Part shown: one piece after another, positions 1 to 7,894 of the stretch
How the letters are laid out: each line of letters opens with the position of its first letter
Position numbering within the stretch: the first letter of the stretch is position 1
NCBI GenBank assembly: GCA_038279365.1
Contig: JAYODI010000007.1
Span: forward strand, 52,161-74,715
DNA length: 22,555 bases
DNA from: Candidatus Latescibacterota bacterium
GTDB taxonomy: Bacteria; Latescibacterota; UBA2968
Direction: 5' to 3'
The notes under the pieces: generated by a model
Seen by the model: the letters and a program-made list of their open reading frames with translations, nothing else
The model's database searches: none
What the model was told of the DNA's origin: nothing
Made by a program: the position numbers and the translations under genes

Positions 1-506
1 CCATAGTTAAAATGCGCTTTGTGTGACCCGCTTAAAAAAGAGGTCGCTCCCTGCCCCGACTTCACAGGTTCCAATTCCCACACCACGCGGGTCAACCCAG
101 AAAAAATCTTATTGCCTGCCACCTGATAGCGCATCGCATTGGCTTGTTGCGGGGGGCGTACCACATGAGGCATGCCCTGATCACGCCTTTCCATCGTCAA
201 CCAACCAGGGGGGCGCACCGTATTAAAAGAAGCCTCACAGCGAAAACCATAACATTCATCTCTCACAAATGGGTCTTCTGCCAAAATCTCACTTAATATG
301 CCCGTAATCGCAGGGTGATCCAACAACCTTTGCAAATGCCCTTCATAACTGTTTTTTGCCCCAGCATAAACCTCCGCCTTCATCACCTCAATATCGTCTT
401 CATCCAACACAGAGGGCAACAAGATCCAACCCTTTAAGTCAAAGAAAAATTTTTGCTCATCTGTCATTGGCACACTTGCCAACATCTCGCCATTTGATTC
501 TGCCAT
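1..506 (-). CDS. PhyH-like Fe(II)/2-oxoglutarate dioxygenase family protein, 3'-truncated by window edge
   Basis: Not in the ORF track because there is no stop in the window. Manual translation from ATG 506 gives an open frame: MAESNGEMLASVPMTDEQKFFFDLKGWILLPSVLDEDDIEVMK...RLLDHPAITGILSEIL...GMPHVV...SGLTRVVWELEPVKSGQGATSFLSGSHKAHFNY. 'MTDEQKFFFDLKGWILLPSVL', 'LLDHP' and 'GAT.FL.GSHK' are typical of PhyH. GGGGGA lies upstream of the ATG. Confidence 0.85.
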   Translation of the reverse strand, partial: MAESNGEMLASVPMTDEQKFFFDLKGWILLPSVLDEDDIEVMKAEVYAGAKNSYEGHLQRLLDHPAITGILSEILAEDPFVRDECYGFRCEASFNTVRPPGWLTMERRDQGMPHVVRPPQQANAMRYQVAGNKIFSGLTRVVWELEPVKSGQGATSFLSGSHKAHFNY

Positions 507-569
507 CTTTCCCCCAAAATAATGCGGTTCAATATGTGATTTCTATCATTTCAAAGAAATAAACCATGA

Positions 570-1859
570 TCAATCAAAATCATAATGCATCAACTCACTG
601 CTGCCTTGCCAAATAATACCATTGTGCCCCAACCGACGCGCTTCACTCACAATGTGATCAATCGTCTCCTTGGGCCACCCCTCGCCATGAATAATAGGGT
701 AAGACGGCATGTCTTTGGGCAAATACAATTTGGCCTTCACCAAATCGCGCAAAACAACATCCGCTGTAGGTATCCGATAAGCAAGTGTGGCAGGCTCATC
801 AGCACCATATGCCGCAATGGTCTTTGGCAAACCCATCCCATCATATCCAGCAAAACGATACACCAACAACAACGCATCTTCTTCTTTTAAATTGGGAATT
901 TCTGCCATTAAAAAACGTGCCCACTCAATAAATGTATTGCAAATAAATGCCGAAATGTGCGACACCAACGGGCTTGCAAAATCCGCCATTTCTCCCCAAC
1001 GCAAATGATCATGCCCTGCCGTTATTGACATAGATGCTGGGTAGGTATCTGTGCCAAAAGATTTTCCGGGTGCCGCTTTGTGGACCGCACTTCGAAAACT
1101 CGATAAATTTTGTGCCACCAACTCACATCGAAAACGAAACCAGTCCAAAACGCCCGAACGCAAAGCAAGTGCCTGAACCACATCAAAAAATCCAAAACCC
1201 AAACGCACCATATCTCCCAAGCGTTCCCCGTCAAGGTGTTGCAACGCGGTATGTGCGTGTTTTAAATCGGCAACCATCTTATCCATATCATAGCCCAAAT
1301 CTTTGGCCACCGCATAACATGACGTACACGTACACCCAAACAAACCCAACGGAAAACTGCCCATTGGATAGCGCAAATGCGTAATATCCAACGCATCCAC
1401 ATCGTATTGCGTAGCCAAATGTACATACACCGCTTCAAGCCAATCTTGGGTGGCTTTTTGTGAGGGGCAAAACGTCAACCGCCGAATTGTCCACGCCCCG
1501 CCACATGTCCACACTTTCAAACCCGCATCTTTCAACTGACCTACTGCTTGCCGAAAGTTTTTATCATTGCCATTGCGCGATACCCCCGGCCCACACATAG
1601 CCTGCGCCCGTTCATATTCTCGTGGGTCCACAGGCCGTCCGTCAAAATGACGAATGACCAACTTGGCCAATTCATCTTCCGACGGCACGCGCCCGTTGTA
1701 GGGGCTCAAATTCAACACATCCTGAGACACTTCACCATCAAAAGAAAGCACCACCGTGTTCAATCCAATTTCATCGCGCAACCGTTCTACATAATCTGGA
1801 TATTTAAGAACAATATCGGTTGTCAAATAAATGCCATTCACCCATTTTGCCATCGTCAT
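570..1859 (-). CDS. Putative glycoside hydrolase-like TIM-barrel protein (GHL10/DUF187-like)
   Basis: Long ORF. 'FCPSQKATQDWLEAVYVHLATQYDVDALDITHLRYP' resembles the GHL10 'CP..P.V......Y.VDG...D..RYP' segment, followed by GCTCTSC and 'DWFRFR'. GGAGAGG upstream supports a start at 1859 or 1853 rather than 1871. Confidence 0.55.
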   Translation of the reverse strand: MTMAKWVNGIYLTTDIVLKYPDYVERLRDEIGLNTVVLSFDGEVSQDVLNLSPYNGRVPSEDELAKLVIRHFDGRPVDPREYERAQAMCGPGVSRNGNDKNFRQAVGQLKDAGLKVWTCGGAWTIRRLTFCPSQKATQDWLEAVYVHLATQYDVDALDITHLRYPMGSFPLGLFGCTCTSCYAVAKDLGYDMDKMVADLKHAHTALQHLDGERLGDMVRLGFGFFDVVQALALRSGVLDWFRFRCELVAQNLSSFRSAVHKAAPGKSFGTDTYPASMSITAGHDHLRWGEMADFASPLVSHISAFICNTFIEWARFLMAEIPNLKEEDALLLVYRFAGYDGMGLPKTIAAYGADEPATLAYRIPTADVVLRDLVKAKLYLPKDMPSYPIIHGEGWPKETIDHIVSEARRLGHNGIIWQGSSELMHYDFD

Positions 1860-1892
1860 AATCCTCTCCATCTAAAATGGACTTACCCAATA

Positions 1893-2891
1893 TCAAAATC
1901 GCGTCGCCTCAAATTGTGCAAACGGCGTTTCCACACCCAATTTATCAGCCTCGTCTTGCAATGCCTTTTGGTGTTCTTCTCCAATTGGAATGCCCTGTAG
2001 CGCATTTTCCTTATCCCACACCCATTCATTCCCACCCGCCAACTCTGCACTGCCCATCCCTGGCAACGGTTTGCTCTTTCGCGCTTCGCCCACAAACCGA
2101 TCCATCTCCACTTTTAATTCTTCCACAGGCATAAAATGCGCCACATTCACAACCGCAATAAACGAACCCTGGTTCGACTCCCATTTTGGATCACAATATT
2201 CCGACTTATAAATCCCTGCAAACACACCACCCAACGCACGTATGGCTGCCCCCAATGCCATAGACTTAAAAAACGTGGTGGGCAACCGCTCAAACAGGTC
2301 TTCATCATATCGGATGAGCACCCCACCCATATCCATCACAAGCGGAGGTTCCTCACCTGCCGGAATACCAATGCTCATCGGAGATGTATCGACCACACTA
2401 AAAATCATTTGATCGGGTTCCAAATGTCTCCGGTGAGAAGAAACGGCCAAGCCTATACAGTCATGATCCACGGCCAAACGTGTATAATTTCCCGCTGATC
2501 CAAAATGCTGATGGTTGCGCGTGGTCAACACCGCCACACCACAGGTCTTGGCTTTTTGTATCAGTTGTTTGGTGCCTTCATAACACGGAAAATAACCCAA
2601 CCCACCATCGCCATCCATCACCAATGCCCCGGGTGCTTCACTCACTACAGAAATGTCTGGACAGGGGTTCACATGGCCATCTTTAATTTTTTGCAAATAA
2701 TACGGCACCTGTCGCGTGCCGTGGCTAAACAGGCACCGTCTGTCATTAATATTCAAAATATGCGCCAATACCTCTGCATCCTTCAATGGCATCCCAATCT
2801 TCTCAAACAGCTGAATGGTCAGCGATTTCATGTTGGGTGCTGGCACCCGAATGCCGTGATCAGGTGGGTAATTTCGTCTGTTCAAATTCAT
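1893..2891 (-). CDS. Ldh_2-family (AllD/ComC/YiaK/DpkA-type) NAD(P)-dependent oxidoreductase, divergent
   Basis: Motifs 'SHG', 'MDGDGGLG', 'TRNHQHFGSAGNY', 'PLVMDM', 'NQGSFIAVVNVAHF'. Start moved to ATG 2891 because a near-consensus promoter lies inside the track's N-terminal extension. Confidence 0.8.
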   Translation of the reverse strand: MNLNRRNYPPDHGIRVPAPNMKSLTIQLFEKIGMPLKDAEVLAHILNINDRRCLFSHGTRQVPYYLQKIKDGHVNPCPDISVVSEAPGALVMDGDGGLGYFPCYEGTKQLIQKAKTCGVAVLTTRNHQHFGSAGNYTRLAVDHDCIGLAVSSHRRHLEPDQMIFSVVDTSPMSIGIPAGEEPPLVMDMGGVLIRYDEDLFERLPTTFFKSMALGAAIRALGGVFAGIYKSEYCDPKWESNQGSFIAVVNVAHFMPVEELKVEMDRFVGEARKSKPLPGMGSAELAGGNEWVWDKENALQGIPIGEEHQKALQDEADKLGVETPFAQFEATRF

Positions 2892-2945
2892 TGCAACAAA
2901 AACCTTTCGAAATAATTCTAAAGAAAGTTTCCCGTGAACCCACGT

Positions 2946-2974
2946 TTTATAACACGCGTCCCACCCCTTGTCAA
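2946..2974 (-). promoter_or_regulatory. sigma70-type promoter of the Ldh_2-GHL-PhyH operon
   Basis: TTGACA-17 nt-TATAAA with an extended -10 TGn on the minus strand. Confidence 0.75.
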
Positions 2975-2980
2975 GCATAC

Positions 2981-3009
2981 TTGATTGTGCATATCCATAT
3001 AGATATATT
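2981..3009 (+). promoter_or_regulatory. sigma70-type promoter of the 427-aa hypothetical gene
   Basis: TTGATT-17 nt-TATATT, back-to-back with the minus-strand promoter. The TATATT -10 recurs at other promoters in this window. Confidence 0.5.
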
Positions 3010-3091
3010 CTACAACAGGTTTGCGTGTAGAATACATGATGCACAATGCCTCAACGCCGCGCCCTTCATCTCTGCTTAAAAGGGAGAGATC

Positions 3092-4375
3092 ATGAACCAC
3101 GCCCTTGAACCCGATCAACAATTTACCTTTGTTACCCCATCACAAAGCACTTACACCCTTGCGTGTTATTGGCAGAATTTATATACCTTTACCTATGGCC
3201 AAGAACGCATACTCGTTGCAGAACGCGTCGTTCCTCATACCAATCTTTACGAGTCATTGTATCACGCATTTAAGGGCCACCAAGGTGACACACTTTCTCA
3301 CAGGCTTATTCCAGAAACCACCCAAACGCCCTTACTCAATGTGGTAAAAGAAGGCCAATCCCTGCAACCCTTTATTGAAAGCGTCACCGCACTCATTCCA
3401 TTAAAAGACCAAACATTGCCCAAAGAATGGCTCCAAAAAACCGAAACCATTCTTGAAGAAACCGCCACGCAAACACTTATAGAGCGTGGCATTACGGGTG
3501 GTTTAGGCAGTTTTGACACCAGCGACACCACATCCTTTTTATCAGACAATGCCTCTCCCAACGATGTGCTCAGCACCTTGTCTCATACAGAACGTGAAGA
3601 TGTTTTGCTCATCAACCTCAGCATTCAAGTTGACGCCGCTCTCAAAAAACAAATGCGCACCATCATGAAAGACGATGCGCTCCAGTTATACGACGACCCC
3701 GAATTTGATCTTTCAACCCGCCTTTATAACAACCCCAAGTATCTCGCTTTTGTACGCCGTGTACTCAAAGCCAAAGGCAGTTATGTCTCGCCTGTTGTAC
3801 GTGATTTTCTCAGCTTTTACAGCCGTTGTCTCAACATCAAACTCCACACACACGCTCGCGAAACCCACACCGATATTGACACTCTTAAAAAACGTCTTGA
3901 AAGCACCCTAGGCCATGAAAAAGGTGGCACACACCACGCCTTCGACTACCACGAACTCACCATTTTAGGTTATGTTGTCAGTGGCAACCTACAGCCCGAT
4001 CCACAAGATCCGGATCAAACAGATTACAGTTTCAAATTGGATTCCAACCAAGACATACAAAAAATCCATCTTCGTGAAATAACTGAAAACCGTTTCCTCA
4101 TTCAAAAATTTGTTCACCACACTTTCAATACCCACCACAATGTACGCAACGTCAATTATATTGATGAAACATTGACACCCAAATCCACACCGCTTAGCGT
4201 TTTACCAGATCCCATAGAAAAAGCCATTCAAAAAAAGATTGAACAATTTGATGAATGGCTGGGCACAAACAATACTCGTATCATTTCTGCTGGCATCGGA
4301 TGGCTTATTTTTGCCCTCGTCCTAACCTTGGGTGTTGTTGTTTTGGGTCTGTTTAGAGCATCTGGTTCTTGGTAA
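3092..4375 (+). CDS. Hypothetical protein with a single C-terminal transmembrane helix
   Basis: 427-aa ORF with RBS GGGAGAG, no N-terminal signal peptide, and hydrophobic C-terminus IISAGIGWLIFALVLTLGVVVLGLF. Confidence 0.75.
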   Translation: MNHALEPDQQFTFVTPSQSTYTLACYWQNLYTFTYGQERILVAERVVPHTNLYESLYHAFKGHQGDTLSHRLIPETTQTPLLNVVKEGQSLQPFIESVTALIPLKDQTLPKEWLQKTETILEETATQTLIERGITGGLGSFDTSDTTSFLSDNASPNDVLSTLSHTEREDVLLINLSIQVDAALKKQMRTIMKDDALQLYDDPEFDLSTRLYNNPKYLAFVRRVLKAKGSYVSPVVRDFLSFYSRCLNIKLHTHARETHTDIDTLKKRLESTLGHEKGGTHHAFDYHELTILGYVVSGNLQPDPQDPDQTDYSFKLDSNQDIQKIHLREITENRFLIQKFVHHTFNTHHNVRNVNYIDETLTPKSTPLSVLPDPIEKAIQKKIEQFDEWLGTNNTRIISAGIGWLIFALVLTLGVVVLGLFRASGSW

Positions 4376-5659
4376 TCATTTTGCGCGGTCAAACAATTGC
4401 GTATAAAATTTGGGTTCCTCAAAAATCCCGCCACTGTGCCCATAATACCCATCGCCCAAAACAAACGCACCATTTTGTGGGCGCAACCACGCCGCATCGG
4501 GCAAGGGATATTCCGACAACATACGTTCCCAAGTGGCATAATTCTCAGGTCCATTCGACTCCATCAATCCACCTTTTACACCAGGAAATGCGGGCAACCG
4601 TGCCTGCACATTTTTGTTCCATTCAACCAAAACAGGCACACACGCATTGTCGGCCACAAAACACGGCACGTTTTCAGCCCATGCCGCCTCAATCATTCGA
4701 AACGCCAATGACAACGTTTTGCCCGCCGGTTTAATGGCCATTGCACCATATCCCTGCGAAACCCGCATCTTCACATCGGACACCGTTTCAATGCTCTCAT
4801 CGCCTGCAAAACGCGCGGGCAAACCATGTACATCCACATCATTGGGACGTTGAAAAGGCTCTTCGATGAGCACAATCCGATCCAAAAAGCCTTCTTTATC
4901 GGCATGCTCCAATAAACTTGCCATACTGTCCTTTTGACCATACCGGCCATTGGCATCCAAATAATACAACACCTGCCCCGATTCGGTCATAGACGTTTCA
5001 TAGTCTTTTGCCAACTTGTGAATCTGCGACAACCAAGCCATGTCCTTTTTCACCATCTCAGGTTCATCACCTGGGTGTCCAATCTTTATTTTTAAGACAT
5101 AAGCCCCTTTTTCCAACAAGCCTTTGAGTTCATTCATAGGCAATGTATAGCCCACTGCTGGCACAATAGCCACATGCGATTGTCGATCAGGCAACAAATG
5201 TTTGTACGGAGAAGGGATCATCGCATCAAATGATGAAATACCCTTATTTTTAGCATATAACAACCACGCCGCATTGTCTAATGCCACCATTGCAATTAAA
5301 ACAAACGTACGACGCAAGTCTGCGTTATCCGTAATTTTTTTGCCATAAATAAACACATCATCAACAATCGCATCAAACAACTCCAATGGCGTTTCAAATT
5401 CGATATCTTTCGCACACTGTAAGGCATATTCCAAAACTGCCGCCTGCAACACATTGCCACCCATTTCTGTATGCGAGGCAAACACAACCGCATCCGACCA
5501 CAACACAGCCAACCCGCCCACACCAAAGGCCACTTGGCCATTTTCATCAATCACCCGAACCACCATATTCCACTTCTCATGAAATGCCGACCCCTTAAAC
5601 CCAAATGGGCGTGCAAATGGCTCGCGCTGAATTTCCAAATCTGTTGCAACAATACGCAT
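4376..5659 (-). CDS. Enolase-superfamily enzyme (mandelate racemase/muconate lactonizing/dipeptide epimerase-like)
   Basis: KIK motif (LKIKIG), metal ligands in 'YLDANG', 'IEEPF', 'GDES', and 'AIKP'. RBS GAGGTG. Confidence 0.85.
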   Translation of the reverse strand: MRIVATDLEIQREPFARPFGFKGSAFHEKWNMVVRVIDENGQVAFGVGGLAVLWSDAVVFASHTEMGGNVLQAAVLEYALQCAKDIEFETPLELFDAIVDDVFIYGKKITDNADLRRTFVLIAMVALDNAAWLLYAKNKGISSFDAMIPSPYKHLLPDRQSHVAIVPAVGYTLPMNELKGLLEKGAYVLKIKIGHPGDEPEMVKKDMAWLSQIHKLAKDYETSMTESGQVLYYLDANGRYGQKDSMASLLEHADKEGFLDRIVLIEEPFQRPNDVDVHGLPARFAGDESIETVSDVKMRVSQGYGAMAIKPAGKTLSLAFRMIEAAWAENVPCFVADNACVPVLVEWNKNVQARLPAFPGVKGGLMESNGPENYATWERMLSEYPLPDAAWLRPQNGAFVLGDGYYGHSGGIFEEPKFYTQLFDRAK

Positions 5660-5767
5660 CCAATCACCTCATTAAATACTTTTTCTTAAACACCAAACAC
5701 ATTACTTTTTAAAAGTTCACGCCCCACAAAATACACACCCATATTCAAAAAGCAACCACAGATAAAT

Positions 5768-5830
5768 CCGTCAGCAGTCAGCTTAAACATACTTCAATAG
5801 CAACGATGGGTGGACTGATCGCTGATCGCT
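5768..5830. repeat. Short inverted repeat built of tandem heptamer units
   Basis: ccgtcagcagtcagc (5768-5782) and actgatcgctgatcgct (5814-5830) form imperfect complementary arms. Confidence 0.4.
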
Positions 5831-5855
5831 TCTTTTTATAAAAATCACAACCAAG

Positions 5856-6488
5856 ATGACCCATATGACCAAACCTTATATCCTCGGCATAGCAGGCGGT
5901 TCAGGTTCTGGCAAAACCACCCTCGCCCAGAACCTCCTCACAGCACTGGGCAAACATCAAACCAGCCTCATACCACACGATGCCTATTACAAAGACCTCT
6001 CGCATCTTTCACCTGAAATGCGTGCACAAACCAATGTGGATCACCCCAACACGCTTGAAACAGAGTTGCTCATCACCCACCTCCAAAGTCTATCCAACAG
6101 GCATCCCATTCAAATGCCCACATACGACTTTACAACACACACACGTACCCCCAAAACCATTCCCATTCATCCATATCCCATCATCATCGTCGAAGGCATC
6201 CTCCTATTTGAAAACCCTCACCTTCGCAATCTTTTCCATCTCAAAATATTCGTTGATGCCCCAGCAGACATTCGCTTCATTCGCCGCCTCAACCGCGATG
6301 TTTCAGAACGCGGGCGCACACCCGAATCTGTCACCCATCAATATCTCACCACCGTACGCCCCATGCACGATACCTTTGTAGAACCCTCTCGCAAACACGC
6401 CGACCTCATTGTCCTTGGGGAATCCACCAACCACCTTGCAATCCTATTCTTGCTCTCTCACCTAAAAAATATGGCTTCCAGTACATAA
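5856..6488 (+). CDS. udk: Uridine kinase
   Basis: P-loop GIAGGSGSGKTT, 'HDAYYKD', 'NVDHP', 'IIVEGIL', 'RFIRRLNRDVSERGR'. Alternative start at 5865. Confidence 0.95.
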   Translation: MTHMTKPYILGIAGGSGSGKTTLAQNLLTALGKHQTSLIPHDAYYKDLSHLSPEMRAQTNVDHPNTLETELLITHLQSLSNRHPIQMPTYDFTTHTRTPKTIPIHPYPIIIVEGILLFENPHLRNLFHLKIFVDAPADIRFIRRLNRDVSERGRTPESVTHQYLTTVRPMHDTFVEPSRKHADLIVLGESTNHLAILFLLSHLKNMASST

Positions 6489-6514
6489 AAAAAACCACCC
6501 AAGGGTGGTTTTTT
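6489..6514. terminator. Intrinsic terminator after udk, possibly bidirectional
   Basis: aaaaaaccaccc-aa-gggtggtttttt inverted repeat with A/T tracts on both sides. Confidence 0.8.
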
Positions 6515-6528
6515 AAATATAAAATTAA

Positions 6529-6554
6529 GCGGGGGAACCCGAAGGCTCCCCCGC
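6529..6554 (-). terminator. GC-rich UUCG-loop hairpin, likely terminator of the amtB-glnK-porin operon
   Basis: Minus strand GCGGGGGAGCC-TTCG-GGTTCCCCCGC followed by TTAATTTT. The G-U pair works only on the minus strand. Confidence 0.75.
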
Positions 6555-6558
6555 CAAC

Positions 6559-6615
6559 ATCCGGTTGCGTTTGATTAGCCACGCCACGAAGCGAATCAAA
6601 AACGGCATCCCGGAT
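6559..6615 (-). ncRNA. Candidate structured 3'-UTR RNA element
   Basis: Nested pairings ATCCGG/CCGGAT, TGC/GCA, CGTT/AACG and TTGATT/AATCAA close a loop CGCTTCGTGGCGTGGCT, between the porin stop and the terminator. Confidence 0.4.
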
Positions 6616-6632
6616 CAATTTAAAACATCAAA

Positions 6633-7355
6633 CTATTCACCACCAAATGACATGCTAATGCCCACACCACCATAGAAGGATGTGTTATCGATATTGATTT
6701 TATCATCAGCATATGTCAAACCAACTTTGGGCGTAATCGAAAATTGGCCAGCAGGAAAAGTAATCGATGCCGTTGCAGTCACATCATTCAAACCTGTTTT
6801 TCCAGCATAATCGCTCATAGCAACACTGGCACCAATGCTCAAAGCAGGACCATCTTCACTCTCGCCCAGTGGCACATCCGTGCCACCAGCCAAAACCAAA
6901 TACCAAGCATCAACCGTACCAAAGTCATAATAGAAGGTCAACGACGGTGCAATGGCATGATCCAGCGAAAGACCGATATAAGCTTCTTCAGTGTGCTTGG
7001 TGCCAGCACTCAAGCTGGGCAAGTAGTATTCTGTAAAACCAACAGAAATGCCCAAAGGTGAGTCTTCACCCAATGAGGTCGAATAATCGATCCAAAGATC
7101 GATTTCATCTACTTGATCTAAGGCACCACGGCTTTGCATAAAAGCGGAACCCCAAATACCAGCAGACAAACCACTTTCACCAAAACCCAAACCAATACCG
7201 GGTTGTAACACAACTTTGTTATCGGCACCAATCACACCACCGCGCCAAATATAACCAGACAAAACATCCAAACTGGCATCAACTGTTGTTTCTTGTGCCG
7301 ATACGGCCCCAACCATTAGCAAACCAGCTGCTAAAATTCCCAAAACCTTCTTCAT
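6633..7355 (-). CDS. TorF/TIGR02001-like putative outer-membrane porin
   Basis: Signal peptide MKKVLGILAAGLLMVGAVSA, 'SGYIWRG', 'LQPG', 'GIWGS', 'EIDL..DY', alternating beta-strand pattern, Phe near the C-terminus. AGGAGG supports the start at 7355. This family is known to neighbour glnK/amtB. Confidence 0.8.
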   Translation of the reverse strand: MKKVLGILAAGLLMVGAVSAQETTVDASLDVLSGYIWRGGVIGADNKVVLQPGIGLGFGESGLSAGIWGSAFMQSRGALDQVDEIDLWIDYSTSLGEDSPLGISVGFTEYYLPSLSAGTKHTEEAYIGLSLDHAIAPSLTFYYDFGTVDAWYLVLAGGTDVPLGESEDGPALSIGASVAMSDYAGKTGLNDVTATASITFPAGQFSITPKVGLTYADDKINIDNTSFYGGVGISMSFGGE

Positions 7356-7396
7356 TGTATTGCCTCCTGATGAGTGATTCTTCATTCGTTTTAAAT

Positions 7397-7500
7397 GATA
7401 CACACAAAACCTCGTGGCGAATGTGTATCCTGTTTCAATCTTTGCAACCCGTTTCTTTAGATGGTTAGTCGTTTCATCCATCATAAATATAACGGGTCGC
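7397..7500 (-). other. Two intergenic stem-loops between glnK and the porin gene
   Basis: GCGACCCGTT...AACGGGTTGC (7444-7500, inner GATGG/CCATC; G-U only on the minus strand) and GATACACA...TGTGTATC (7397-7429). Confidence 0.55.
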
Positions 7501-7544
7501 TGACAATGAATCTCCTGCTCTACTTTTTACCGTGGCGTATTCGT

Positions 7545-7883
7545 CTATAGAGCAACCTCCCCAGATTCACCTGTTCGTATGCGATAGGCATCTGATATAG
7601 GCACAATAAATATTTTACCATCACCCACTTCACCTGTTTTTGCGGCTTCTGAAATCTTTGCAATCACTTGCTCCTGATCAGAATCCTTAATTGCAATTTC
7701 CAATTTCATCTTTGGAATATAATCGACTTGATACTCTGCGCCCCGATACACTTCTCGGTGGCCGCGTTGGCGTCCAAACCCGCGCACTTCACTGACCGAC
7801 ATCCCCACAATTCCAATACTGTGTAAGGCATCTTGAACGCGCTCTAATGCAGAAGGTCTTAAAAAAGCTTCAATTTTAACCAT
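7545..7883 (-). CDS. glnK: P-II family nitrogen regulatory protein
   Basis: 112 aa with GFGRQRG, T-loop YRGAEY (Tyr51 kept), 'TGEVGDGKIF', 'RIRTGE'. Directly downstream of amtB. Confidence 0.95.
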   Translation of the reverse strand: MVKIEAFLRPSALERVQDALHSIGIVGMSVSEVRGFGRQRGHREVYRGAEYQVDYIPKMKLEIAIKDSDQEQVIAKISEAAKTGEVGDGKIFIVPISDAYRIRTGESGEVAL

Positions 7884-7894
7884 TTTTTTGGCTC

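Noticed and set aside
23-562. Short plus-strand ORFs at 23-226 and 356-562
   Set aside because: They are antisense shadows of the PhyH-like gene on the minus strand.
2892-3044. 51-aa N-terminal extension of the Ldh_2 ORF
   Set aside because: It contains the promoter and has no family-like sequence.
6578-7420. Invertible DNA segment bounded by CGCCACGA inverted repeats
   Set aside because: The repeats are only 8 bp and no recombinase is nearby; an RNA-level explanation fits better.
7356-7484. 43-aa N-terminal extension of the porin ORF
   Set aside because: The signal peptide and strong SD start at 7355; the extension coincides with RNA hairpins.
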